Position numbers and translations under genes: made by a program. Shown here piece by piece: positions 17,911-26,640 of a DNA stretch of 35,752 nt. The notes under the pieces were generated by a model. That model saw only the letters and a list, made by a program, of their open reading frames with translations. It did not search any database and was not told the DNA's origin. The stretch is from Candidatus Muiribacterium halophilum (GTDB lineage Bacteria; Muiribacteriota; Muiribacteriia; Muiribacteriales; Muiribacteriaceae), in the NCBI GenBank assembly GCA_023228995.1, contig JALOAD010000034.1, forward strand, positions 1 to 35,752, read 5' to 3'. The number at the start of each line of letters is the position of its first letter. Position 1 is the stretch's first letter.

Positions 17911-18370
17911 AAATATTAAAGTTCTTGTTAATAAAAGAAAAGAAATCTTAAAACAACACGAAGACTCTTGTGACGAAAAAATTAGTGATTACACTATTGA
18001 AGAACCTGAAGAAATTTTCACACTTAGAGATGAAATATTAAACTTAATCTTTAAGTATGAACCTGAATTAGATACAGATTGTATCATTGAAACAATGACA
18101 GAATTAGGATATGCTCCTAATATCTTGTATGATGATAACGGTAACTTCGCTGTTATAACAGATTGTTTCACCAGTGTTTCTTTCGGTGATGATCCAGTAG
18201 ATATGGATATGTCATTTCATGTTGAAGCAAGACACTGGAAACCAACAATCAGAGAAGCAATTAAACATTACTTAGAAGATTTTGATCCTGAATTGTGGTT
18301 GAAAACACATAGAGAAAAGAAAATAAATAAAATTTGGAAAAACCACATCAATAGTTTTATCTACAGATAA
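17894..18370 (+). CDS. hypothetical protein
   Basis: ATG at 17894 (MTIRDKNIKVL...) is in frame with track ORF 17768..18370. Confidence 0.5.
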   Translation: MTIRDKNIKVLVNKRKEILKQHEDSCDEKISDYTIEEPEEIFTLRDEILNLIFKYEPELDTDCIIETMTELGYAPNILYDDNGNFAVITDCFTSVSFGDDPVDMDMSFHVEARHWKPTIREAIKHYLEDFDPELWLKTHREKKINKIWKNHINSFIYR

Positions 18371-18401
18371 ATTAATAATTAGTTCGTTCGGCACACCTAT
18401 A

Positions 18402-18662
18402 TTGTATTTAATATTCCCGTTCTTGAAATTTCACTACTTTCATAAATGGGAATACGATTATATACAAAGTAAATGTAAATTACCTGATAGAAACACATAT
18501 ATTGACATACCTCTTAATATTAGAACTTGTAAAGTTTGTGGTATAAAACAAAGACAGATAGCTTTGGGTGATAAATGGAGAGATGTAAGTCCAGACTTTG
18601 GGTTAGATCCAAAATCAATATTAAGAAAGAAAAAATTAGAAAGGATTCTAAATGAAAGCTGA
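18402..18662 (+). CDS. Zn-ribbon-like small protein, KLERIL-tail family (tail KKKLERILNES)
   Basis: Track ORF. Cysteine pattern is CKLP...CKVCG. Confidence 0.55.
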   Translation: MYLIFPFLKFHYFHKWEYDYIQSKCKLPDRNTYIDIPLNIRTCKVCGIKQRQIALGDKWRDVSPDFGLDPKSILRKKKLERILNES

Positions 18663-19278
18663 AGAAATTTATAAAAAAGAGACAGGTCTTGATGCAAGAC
18701 AAGATAGGAGAGAAAATCACCTATTACTCAAAAATACACCAACCAAAGAATATTTGGAATGGTTAGAAAATATGGTTGAACGTAGATATGAACCAACTAT
18801 TCTTAAATGGATAAAGAAAATGTTCGCTCACGCAGAAGAAAAAGAATGGTTTGAAACATATTGGACTTTTGATATTCACGGTACAATATCTCGACCAGAT
18901 TATAGAAAAGCCACAAAAGTAGTGGATTATTATCCATATGCCAAAGAATGCTTACAACTTATGTCTGACAGAAAAGATATAATTATGATTCTTTGGACTT
19001 CTTCATACCCAGAAGAAATGAAAGTTTATAGAGAAACATTAAAGAAAGATAATATACATTTTGAGTATGAAAGTGAAAATCCTGATGTATCAAGTTCTAA
19101 AGGTTCATTTGGTTTTTACGAAAAAAAGCATTATTTTAATGTATTATTTGAAGATAAATCAGGTTTCAATCCTGAAAGAGATTGGAAATTCCTTTATGAC
19201 TATTTAACAAACACAGATTATAGACCAGATCCAAGTTGGTCTATGAAATATAACGAAGATTATCACAACAATGACTGA
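18652..19278 (+). CDS. hypothetical protein
   Basis: 208-aa track ORF. Confidence 0.55.
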   Translation: MKAEEIYKKETGLDARQDRRENHLLLKNTPTKEYLEWLENMVERRYEPTILKWIKKMFAHAEEKEWFETYWTFDIHGTISRPDYRKATKVVDYYPYAKECLQLMSDRKDIIMILWTSSYPEEMKVYRETLKKDNIHFEYESENPDVSSSKGSFGFYEKKHYFNVLFEDKSGFNPERDWKFLYDYLTNTDYRPDPSWSMKYNEDYHNND

Positions 19279-19543
19279 TAAAGAAAAAATAGAAAGACTT
19301 GAAAAAGAATTAGATAAAGTTTATGAAGAACTTTATGACTTGAAATCTAAAAAAGATAATTCATATCCACAGGATTCTCATTTCGAGTTAATTAGAGATA
19401 TAGAAATTGCAATAATAACAAAATTAGACGATTACAAAAAAGTCTTATACTCCGATGAAGAACCTACAACAGAAGATTTCATCGAAGTATTAAACAATAT
19501 TAATAGATACATAAAAGAATATAAAAAATCTTATAAATTATAA
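19271..19543 (+). CDS. hypothetical protein
   Basis: 90-aa track ORF. Confidence 0.5.
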   Translation: MTDKEKIERLEKELDKVYEELYDLKSKKDNSYPQDSHFELIRDIEIAIITKLDDYKKVLYSDEEPTTEDFIEVLNNINRYIKEYKKSYKL

Positions 19544-19545
19544 AA

Positions 19546-20163
19546 ATGTTAGTAAGAGTAAAAAATAAAGCATATGGTTTATCAAGTAAATTAAGTAAAG
19601 AACCTGCTTACTCTGTTTATAGAGAAGACGAACAACATTACTATGTTCGTAACAATGATGGTATGATCGAAGGTTTTATGAAACAATCTTTTACTAAAAC
19701 TTCAAAAAGAGAAGAAAGAGAATTGAAATTGAAAAGAATTCTTCGTGAATGTGATGCAGTAAAAGAAACAAAAGAATTCTCTGATTATGATATAGATAAC
19801 GCTAAAATTAAAGTAGAATGGTCTGGTTCTTATCCAAACTTGTGTTCAGGTGAATGGACTATAAGAATCAACGAAATGGTTATACCGATACCTGAAGAAA
19901 GAATAGGTGGTTCAATGGGAACGAGTGGTGAATACTCAAGATGGTATTTTGGTGAAAATTACGAAGAACACACAGAACATTATTATGATGGTGATGACTC
20001 TGAATGGTCAAACGATGACAATTGGTTAAAGTATGCTATTTGGTGTTTATCAGAATATCATTCTCTTAGATTTATTGGTGACTTAGACAGACTATATGAT
20101 AGAATTTACAACGAAATATCTGAGAACGATTGGAGAAGTGGTTCTTGTGGAGGTTGTATATAA
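19546..20163 (+). CDS. hypothetical protein
   Basis: 205-aa track ORF. Confidence 0.55.
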   Translation: MLVRVKNKAYGLSSKLSKEPAYSVYREDEQHYYVRNNDGMIEGFMKQSFTKTSKREERELKLKRILRECDAVKETKEFSDYDIDNAKIKVEWSGSYPNLCSGEWTIRINEMVIPIPEERIGGSMGTSGEYSRWYFGENYEEHTEHYYDGDDSEWSNDDNWLKYAIWCLSEYHSLRFIGDLDRLYDRIYNEISENDWRSGSCGGCI

Positions 20164-20177
20164 ACAAAATTAAAAAA

Positions 20178-20963
20178 ATGAAAAAAGTACAATACATATC
20201 AGATTTACATTTGGAAATGTATCCGAATGGTGACTACTGGGCTGAAAATAAAATAGAACCAGTAGCCGATATTCTTGTGCTTGCTGGAGACATCTCAAAA
20301 CTCTCAAAAATACACTATTCTAATCCTTTCTTTGACCAAGTGTCAAAAGACTTTAAGCAAGTGTTTTGGGTGCCAGGAAATCACGAATATTACGATTTAA
20401 CAGACTTAAACTTGTTAAATAAAGAATCATTAGATATTGATATTAGAGACAATGTGAAAATTGTAAATAATAAATCTATCAATTATGATGGTATCAATTT
20501 CATATTCTCAACATTTTGGTCTGAGATACCAATATCTTATGCTCGAAATGTTACAAGAGGTATGATGTGTTTTAGAAAAATCAAATATTTAGGAAATCAT
20601 TTTGAGGCTAAATATATTGATTTCGGAAAATATAATAGACTTCACCAAGATTCTGTTTACTTCTTGAAGAATGCTTTAGCAGATATTGATAATGAAGATC
20701 CTATTGTGGTTGTAACACATCACGCACCAACAATCTATGTCGTTTCTGATGAATTTAAGGCAAGTACAATAAGACACGGGTTCTATTCAGAACAAATGCC
20801 TTTGATTAAAAGTTCACGTTTCATAGATTATTGGATTTATGGACACACTCATAGAAATGTTGATTTTGAGTTAGATGGTACTCAAATAGTTTCTAATCAA
20901 CAAGGATATGTTCATATGGGAGAACATGCTACATTTAATCCTACAAAATATATTGAACTATGA
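20178..20963 (+). CDS. calcineurin-like metallophosphoesterase
   Basis: SDLHLE, AGDI, GNHEYY, THHAP and GHTH motifs are present. ATG at 20178 is in frame with track ORF 20130..20963. Confidence 0.7.
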   Translation: MKKVQYISDLHLEMYPNGDYWAENKIEPVADILVLAGDISKLSKIHYSNPFFDQVSKDFKQVFWVPGNHEYYDLTDLNLLNKESLDIDIRDNVKIVNNKSINYDGINFIFSTFWSEIPISYARNVTRGMMCFRKIKYLGNHFEAKYIDFGKYNRLHQDSVYFLKNALADIDNEDPIVVVTHHAPTIYVVSDEFKASTIRHGFYSEQMPLIKSSRFIDYWIYGHTHRNVDFELDGTQIVSNQQGYVHMGEHATFNPTKYIEL

Positions 20964-21217
20964 TGGAAATAATAAAATGTGAAGTTACCAGAGAATACAT
21001 AAACGAACTTATGTATTTTCAATGTTTAGAATACACTGTTAAATATAAAGACAACACGTTTATTTATAGTAAGAAGAGAGGTGAAAACAAATGGTACCAC
21101 GTAAATCAAAAAGGATTAAATAGAGAATTATATGATGTCACAAGATTAAATGAACTCTTTGAGAAATCATATAAACACTATAAGAGAAGAAAAGTTTTAG
21201 AGAAAGTCTGCCAGTAA
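20960..21217 (+). CDS. hypothetical protein
   Basis: 85-aa track ORF. A T-rich terminator-like region follows it. Confidence 0.5.
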   Translation: MMEIIKCEVTREYINELMYFQCLEYTVKYKDNTFIYSKKRGENKWYHVNQKGLNRELYDVTRLNELFEKSYKHYKRRKVLEKVCQ

Positions 21218-21255
21218 GCAGGCTTTTTTTATTTTTTATTTTTGCTTTTTTTATT

Positions 21256-21263
21256 TATATTTG
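21256..21263 (+). promoter_or_regulatory. -7 promoter element TATATTTG
   Basis: Upstream of the gene at 21298. That gene also carries an AGGAGG Shine-Dalgarno at 21287-21292, which is unusual here. Confidence 0.45.
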
Positions 21264-21297
21264 TATTATTAACCATAAAAAATAATAGGAGGTTATT

Positions 21298-21663
21298 ATG
21301 ATTGAAGTTAGAAAATTAAAAGCACAAATCAAATGTGATTGTGGAAAATTAAGCACAGATTGGTCAGCATCTATTCGTTGTGATGATGTTGGTTTTGTTT
21401 CACTTATGAAAATAAACGATTTTGCAACAGAACAATTTGTTGATTTTGAGAAAATTGATCTTGTATCTGATAAGTTTCATAAAATTAAAGAATGGAAATA
21501 TAAAGATTGTTGCAAATGTAATAACTACTTATACTTAACTGGTGATGGTAATGTAGTTAGAGTTTATAGTAGATGTAATATGAAACAAATGGTTAGTATA
21601 AGTAATTTAGTGTTTGACGGAGAAAACTTGAAAACAGGATTTTTAGGGGAGGTGATATGTTAA
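21298..21663 (+). CDS. Cys-rich small protein
   Basis: Track ORF. Cysteine pairs are CDCGK...C and CCKCNNY...RC. Confidence 0.55.
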   Translation: MIEVRKLKAQIKCDCGKLSTDWSASIRCDDVGFVSLMKINDFATEQFVDFEKIDLVSDKFHKIKEWKYKDCCKCNNYLYLTGDGNVVRVYSRCNMKQMVSISNLVFDGENLKTGFLGEVIC

Positions 21664-21908
21664 TGGAAAATAGTTGGATAAGAAGAACTTTAAGAGAGAA
21701 TGGTTTTGTGACCTTTAAGAATTATGTGATGAGAAGAAATGGTGATTCTGCACACATTGGAACAGTACCAGGTGATAGATGGGCAGTTACATTATTTGTA
21801 AACAGAAAATCACAAGGCAATTTTTATACAGAAGAACAATTGAAAGAATATTTCAAGAACGAATTAAGAGAAAAGAAATTAAAAAGAATAATTAAAAAAC
21901 AAAAATAA
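21657..21908 (+). CDS. KLERIL-tail family member (tail LREKKLKRIIKKQK)
   Basis: Track ORF, preceded by a GGGAGGTGAT SD-like sequence. Confidence 0.55.
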   Translation: MLMENSWIRRTLRENGFVTFKNYVMRRNGDSAHIGTVPGDRWAVTLFVNRKSQGNFYTEEQLKEYFKNELREKKLKRIIKKQK

Positions 21909-21917
21909 AATACGACT

Positions 21918-22058
21918 ATGAACGAGAAAATTAAAAAAGAATTGGAATTAGAAGGATATGACTTCGCAATTGCAGTAGCAACAAAAGCTGAAATCGAAAA
22001 CGGGGCAGCTTGTGGACAATTAAGTATAATCATTGAGTCTGAAGAAGATGAAGGATAA
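21918..22058 (+). CDS. possible small ORF (46 aa)
   Basis: An ATG-to-TAA ORF below the track cutoff. Confidence 0.25.
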   Translation: MNEKIKKELELEGYDFAIAVATKAEIENGAACGQLSIIIESEEDEG

Positions 22059-22392
22059 TCAAGTAAAAAATCCTTATTGGAAAAATCCATATAAACCATA
22101 TGTTAGAATACTAACTTGGGCTTGGATGATTATCTGTTTTGGAACTTTAGGAATACATTTGTACCTATATCCAAATGATGCGAATACACCATTTATGGTA
22201 GTAAATATCTTATTGTGGTGGGGTGGTATTCAATATCTTCGTTGGTTTAAGAAAAATAGATATGATAAGTGGTTTATTGAAAATGAAAACACTAAATATA
22301 TTTCTGAAGAAGAACTAATGCAACTAGAACGACAAAAGAAACTGGAACGCATTATAAATGAAGAAGAAAAAGAAAAAATTTCTTTCTTTTAG
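22048..22392 (+). CDS. two-TM membrane protein, KLERIL-tail family (internal QKKLERIINEEE)
   Basis: ATG at 22048 is in frame with track ORF 22033..22392, whose own start is a TTG. The KLERI codons here (ctg/cgc/att/ata) are synonymous variants of those in other members. Confidence 0.55.
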   Translation: MKDNQVKNPYWKNPYKPYVRILTWAWMIICFGTLGIHLYLYPNDANTPFMVVNILLWWGGIQYLRWFKKNRYDKWFIENENTKYISEEELMQLERQKKLERIINEEEKEKISFF

Positions 22393-22621
22393 AAACTTTG
22401 TTGTATTTTTTTAATATATAATAGTGTATGATAAATGATTTTTTGTACGAACATAAGATAATTGCCGAAGACTAATAGAAGTTTATTCTATAAATGTGTT
22501 CGGCTTTTTTTTTGTTAATGAAAACAGTTAAGCAGAAAAGCGGCTCCAATAACCAATCGGTCACCTAGAGTGGGATGCTATCAGTTAAACTCTGGTTTAA
22601 AGTCATTAACAGGAGACAATA

Positions 22622-22668
22622 AACCCCAAACTAATACCATTGTTTGGGGTTGTTTCTTTTTTATTTTT
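22622..22668 (+). terminator. Rho-independent terminator
   Basis: AACCCCAAAC/GTTTGGGGTT 10-bp stem with a 10-nt loop, then GTTTCTTTTTTATTTTT. Confidence 0.7.
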
Positions 22669-22680
22669 CAATTAATTCCT

Positions 22681-22688
22681 TATATTTG
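22681..22688 (+). promoter_or_regulatory. -7 promoter element TATATTTG, 4 nt upstream of the ATG at 22693
   Basis: Exact motif. Confidence 0.5.
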
Positions 22689-22692
22689 TAAC

Positions 22693-23046
22693 ATGCGAGA
22701 TAAAAGAGTATTTATAAAATATGAAAATATTAGACAAACTTATTGGCTAAATGAACATGGCTGGCGTTTATGGAAACATAAATGGTTACCATATGAATTA
22801 GACAGTCACTATTGGTGGGTTGATAGTGTTTCGTTACTTTGGAATTATTATGATGAAGAAATGGATTATACAGGTAGAAGATATGTTGGTGAAGGTCCGA
22901 GATATGATTTAACCAACAAATCAACATTTTATGATAAAGTAAATAATGTAACATTATGTTTTGAGGATTTTGAGCCAATACAAAAATACGAAAGAAGAAA
23001 AAAATTAGAAAGGATCTTGAAAGATGAAGATAGTAAAGAGACTTAG
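22693..23046 (+). CDS. KLERIL-tail family member (tail RRKKLERILKDEDSKET)
   Basis: ATG at 22693 is in frame with track ORF 22570..23046. The region upstream of 22693 holds a terminator and a promoter, so the longer ORF is unlikely. Confidence 0.55.
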   Translation: MRDKRVFIKYENIRQTYWLNEHGWRLWKHKWLPYELDSHYWWVDSVSLLWNYYDEEMDYTGRRYVGEGPRYDLTNKSTFYDKVNNVTLCFEDFEPIQKYERRKKLERILKDEDSKET

Positions 23047-23350
23047 AAGAAATAAAAAAACTTATAAATATATCAAAATTTACTTTGAGTATGATGGTAA
23101 TAAGTATTGTAAAGAAATAAAGGAAGATTTTATAACTAAAACAAAGAAAGTTACTTGGAAAACTCAAATAGTTGTAAAAAGATATTATAGCGAAACTCAT
23201 AAGAAAAAAGAATATGAATATAAAGAGTATAAAGAGATACCAACTAATGTAATGAGTAGATTACAAAATTTTTCAGAAAAGTTTGATAAAGCATATGAAC
23301 TTTATAAGTTTAATTTAAGAGAAAAGAAACTAAAAAGAATAACAAAATGA
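23024..23350 (+). CDS. KLERIL-tail family member (tail LREKKLKRITK)
   Basis: Track ORF with an ATGA overlap to the next gene. Confidence 0.55.
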   Translation: MKIVKRLRRNKKTYKYIKIYFEYDGNKYCKEIKEDFITKTKKVTWKTQIVVKRYYSETHKKKEYEYKEYKEIPTNVMSRLQNFSEKFDKAYELYKFNLREKKLKRITK

Positions 23351-23979
23351 ATATAAAAGGTGTAAAAGTAAGAAAATCAACTGCTCTCGGCTTCAGAATG
23401 GCTATCGAAGGTGATAAAAACCTTAGAGGTGATCAAGTCGAAAGTAACTATGTTTCATTTGTAAAAATAAAAGATTGTCCCATTGTAGTTAAAGATGGAA
23501 AAGAATTTTATGATCCTAAATCAGAGGACGCTAAATCTATTCCAGTAACTCACGGTGGGACTTTTTATGCTTATGGTAAACCTAAACTAAAATTAAATCA
23601 GAAAAGACATGTCGGTGTTGAATATGGTTGGGATAAAAAGAAATATGGTGATTTAGCAGGATCTTACATTGTTGATAACAATTGGATTGAAACACCTTTC
23701 TATGCAGTTAAAGATGCTCAAGTTTATGTTGGTAATACTAAAAGGGCTATCGCACCAGCAGAATTGAAAAGAATACAAAGAGAAAAGAAAATTAAAAGAA
23801 TATTATATTCTGAAAACCAATGTGGTAAAGGTGGTCGTTATCCTACTAAGGAAAATCTTCTTTTAGCATTAATGGCTAATCCGAAAGATTATGGTCTACA
23901 ATTAGAAAACATGTATAATGAATTTATACAAAACGAAACAAGAGAAAATAAACTTAAAAGAATTCTAAAAGATGACTAA
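23347..23979 (+). CDS. KLERIL-tail family member with two copies of the motif (internal REKKIKRIL and terminal ENKLKRILKDD)
   Basis: Track ORF. The motif occurs at residues ~139-147 and at the C-terminus. Confidence 0.6.
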   Translation: MNIKGVKVRKSTALGFRMAIEGDKNLRGDQVESNYVSFVKIKDCPIVVKDGKEFYDPKSEDAKSIPVTHGGTFYAYGKPKLKLNQKRHVGVEYGWDKKKYGDLAGSYIVDNNWIETPFYAVKDAQVYVGNTKRAIAPAELKRIQREKKIKRILYSENQCGKGGRYPTKENLLLALMANPKDYGLQLENMYNEFIQNETRENKLKRILKDD

Positions 23980-24457
23980 AGACGACTATACAAGACGAGA
24001 AGAAGAAAGAATTAAAACTCTAACTTGGGGTTCAGTTCCAAGATGTTCTATGGAACATGAGACTGAATATGTTTGGTATAAAGACGAAATTGCTTGGACT
24101 TATGACTTCCATGATGGTAGAATTGAAATCAGTAGAATACAAATGACAGGCGAAAGATGGATGACTGAATGGAAAACTGGGAACAAACCAATTTATCAAT
24201 ATAAAATATTAGAACACACTAATGGAAAATTTATGGGCAATTATGGCATAACTCACAGTGATAGTTCAGAGATATTTGAAGATTTACAAGGTCTAAAAGA
24301 ATATATCTTTTCCAGACAAGAAAGGTATATTGAAAGACAAATGGAATACCTTAATGTAACCTTGAAAGAAAATAAAGAAATGATTTTAGAATTTACTAAA
24401 CAATTTGATGGCAACAGACCAGAAAAATTAGAAAGAATATTGAAAGATGAAAACTAA
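23972..24457 (+). CDS. KLERIL-tail family member (tail EKLERILKDEN)
   Basis: Track ORF. Confidence 0.55.
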   Translation: MTKDDYTRREEERIKTLTWGSVPRCSMEHETEYVWYKDEIAWTYDFHDGRIEISRIQMTGERWMTEWKTGNKPIYQYKILEHTNGKFMGNYGITHSDSSEIFEDLQGLKEYIFSRQERYIERQMEYLNVTLKENKEMILEFTKQFDGNRPEKLERILKDEN

Positions 24458-24725
24458 CTTATGTAGAATGATGGATAGACTGAAGAAGGTTGGTGTTGAT
24501 TTAGAATTAGCAGGTAATTATCCTTGGGTCTATATAAATAAAATAAACGGCAAATATGTAAAAGAAAATTTCCAATCAGACCACGGATTTGTTCTTTGTT
24601 TTTCACCAAAAACAACAAATGGTGATTATAGTTTTGCCTATGGTTTTACAGATGCCTTTAATTTAATAAGAAAATACACAAAAGAAAGACAACATAAATT
24701 AGAAAGGATATTGAAAGATGATTAA
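24447..24725 (+). CDS. KLERIL-tail family member (tail HKLERILKDD)
   Basis: Track ORF. Confidence 0.55.
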   Translation: MKTNLCRMMDRLKKVGVDLELAGNYPWVYINKINGKYVKENFQSDHGFVLCFSPKTTNGDYSFAYGFTDAFNLIRKYTKERQHKLERILKDD

Positions 24726-25002
24726 TGGATATAGTTTAGAATATGATGATAGAGTAAAAATAGAAGATAGATTATTAGAATATCTTCATAAAAATCCTGA
24801 AACAGTCATAGAGAATCTGAAAAATTCTTTTATGAATGTTCCTGATTACTCTATAGTTAGAGTCGAAAATGTTTATTTAGAACGAGATAATCTATATGAA
24901 TGTCACGTTAAATGGCATAAAGATTTAATGTGTGCTATATCCGTTTTACCTATACCCGAAGGATTTTTAAGACAAATGAAATTAGAAAGGATATTAAAAT
25001 AA
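24718..25002 (+). CDS. KLERIL-tail family member (tail QMKLERILK)
   Basis: Track ORF. Confidence 0.55.
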   Translation: MINGYSLEYDDRVKIEDRLLEYLHKNPETVIENLKNSFMNVPDYSIVRVENVYLERDNLYECHVKWHKDLMCAISVLPIPEGFLRQMKLERILK

Positions 25003-25322
25003 TGGAAAAGAAAGTAGGTTATAATTATTTAGTCAGACACAATGATAAAATTCTTGAAATAAAGATACATAGATTAACTAAAAAAGAATATGCTTTAGTT
25101 GAAATATTTTCACCAGACCTAAAAACATCTGAAATGAAATGGATGGGTAGGTTTGATTTATTAACAGATAGTAGCTATGCCAATGATAAAAGATATACTA
25201 TTGTTGAAGAATTGGATCCAAAAGATCCTTATTACAGACAACGTAAATTAGAAAGAATTCTTAAATTGGCTGATGAAGAGAAATTAGAAAAATTGTTGAA
25301 CTTATTAGAAGAAACAAAATAA
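25002..25322 (+). CDS. KLERIL-tail family member (internal RQRKLERILKLADEEKLEKLL)
   Basis: ATG at 25002 overlaps the preceding TAA as TAATG. It is in frame with track ORF 24930..25322. Confidence 0.5.
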   Translation: MEKKVGYNYLVRHNDKILEIKIHRLTKKEYALVEIFSPDLKTSEMKWMGRFDLLTDSSYANDKRYTIVEELDPKDPYYRQRKLERILKLADEEKLEKLLNLLEETK

Positions 25323-26179
25323 TGTACTGGGAACCTCAATTACAAATGATGTGTCCACTTTGTAAAACAAATGTGGAAGTTGATAAAGAAGAAGAAACAT
25401 TCAGATATGAAGATGTCTGTGGTTCTACTGTAGGTTCTTGGAAACACATTTGCCCTAATAAAGATTGTATATTACACAAGAAAAAATCATTCTGGAATGA
25501 CCACGGTGATTTTTATTCAGGTGATTTAGGATTTAAGAAAGCAAGAAAATTATTTCCAGATGATAAGTATGCCGCACTAAACTCAATGGCAAAAAGACAT
25601 GAAGTTGAAATTTACGGCAAAGGCTTGAAAAGAAAAATCTATCTTTCTGAATGGTGGACACTAAAAATACTAAAACCTATGATTGAGTTTAAGTATAAAG
25701 GTGATGATATGGGTAATGTTCTTGGTAGAACTTGGAAACTCAGATGGTTATATAAGTCTGGTAATCAAGATTACTATGGAACATATTACACATCACCAAT
25801 TGTTCATTTATACCGTATGCTTAAACATACAAGAAGAGATATTAAAAGATATAAAAAACGAAAATCTCTATACGATTTACAAGAAATATGGAGATGGTTT
25901 GATATGGGTGTTAAAACTGGCTGGGATAGAAAACTTTATAGGTGGTATTTCAATACATTCCATAAGAAAATATTAAATTATTCTAAAAATTTTGTTGATT
26001 TTATAGAACATGTTAGAAGAAATAAACACAACATAGATGAAAATTTTGTGAGATTTTGGGACGGTAAGTTACCTTATGATTTTTCTGTTAATGATTACTT
26101 ACTCAAAGAGAAATGTAAAGGTTCTTATATGGACAATTTAATAAGACAAAGAAAATTAGAAAGAATTATAAATGACTGA
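25322..26179 (+). CDS. Zn-ribbon N-terminus protein, KLERIL-tail family (tail RQRKLERIIND)
   Basis: 285-aa track ORF. N-terminal cysteine pattern is CPLCKTN...CGST...ICPNKDC. Confidence 0.6.
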   Translation: MYWEPQLQMMCPLCKTNVEVDKEEETFRYEDVCGSTVGSWKHICPNKDCILHKKKSFWNDHGDFYSGDLGFKKARKLFPDDKYAALNSMAKRHEVEIYGKGLKRKIYLSEWWTLKILKPMIEFKYKGDDMGNVLGRTWKLRWLYKSGNQDYYGTYYTSPIVHLYRMLKHTRRDIKRYKKRKSLYDLQEIWRWFDMGVKTGWDRKLYRWYFNTFHKKILNYSKNFVDFIEHVRRNKHNIDENFVRFWDGKLPYDFSVNDYLLKEKCKGSYMDNLIRQRKLERIIND

Positions 26180-26369
26180 TAAAGAACTATATAAGATGAT
26201 TATTGAAAAAGATGGTGTATGATCTCATCTTTGGTGTAAAGAATGTGGATTTAATTCTAATTCTCTTTGTAGATTACATGAGCAAATATATGATAATTTG
26301 TTCATATGGGACTATGGTTTAACATCAGATATTAAAAAGGATTGCACCGATATGAAATTTCTTGTTTAA
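26172..26369 (+). pseudogene. small Cys-containing ORF interrupted by an in-frame TGA (26220-26222)
   Basis: ATG at 26172 sits in the usual ATGA overlap. MTDKELYKMIIEKDGV is followed by TGA, then SHLWCKECGFNSNSLCRLHEQ... continues in the same frame with no start codon of its own. Confidence 0.35.
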
Positions 26370-26588
26370 TTGACTGTTGAAACAAGACAATGCACTAAAA
26401 AGCGTTGGATTTTCGCCCGTTCTGTACATCACGCCTTTGTCTATTGCCGTAAGCCATTGAGAGTTGCGGTAATGCCTTTGCAAAAAATAAGATATTCCGT
26501 TTTCGTTGAGCCACGCACCAAAATACAACGCACCTGACGGAAGTTGTTGTAGTAAAGAGTTTATTTTTGTCTGTCCTGTTGTATTCAT
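26325..26588 (-). CDS. hypothetical protein encoded in a GC-richer insert (moron-like)
   Basis: The minus-strand track ORF sits in a roughly 250-bp region that is visibly GC-richer than its flanks. Its own TAATTTTG element lies 4 nt upstream of its ATG on the minus strand. Confidence 0.45.
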   Translation of the reverse strand: MNTTGQTKINSLLQQLPSGALYFGAWLNENGISYFLQRHYRNSQWLTAIDKGVMYRTGENPTLFSALSCFNSQLNKKFHIGAILFNI

Positions 26589-26592
26589 ACTG

Positions 26593-26600
26593 CAAAATTA
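26593..26600 (-). promoter_or_regulatory. -7 element TAATTTTG on the minus strand, 4 nt upstream of the start of the 26588 gene
   Basis: The plus strand reads CAAAATTA. Reverse-complemented, this matches TAnnTTTG. Confidence 0.4.
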
Positions 26601-26640
26601 CAAAAAAAAATAAACTCAACAGAATTTATCTTTATTGTAA

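Noticed and set aside
22514-22620. tRNA gene in the GC-richer segment between the two terminators
   Set aside because: No T-loop GTTCRANYC box and no acceptor or anticodon stem arrangement could be drawn. I saw no tRNA-like sequence anywhere in the window.
10759-26222. Genome-wide TGA-to-amino-acid recoding
   Set aside because: TGA is clearly used as the functional stop of many array genes (ATGA overlaps with size-typical products). No suppressor tRNA is visible in this window. Only local readthrough remains possible.
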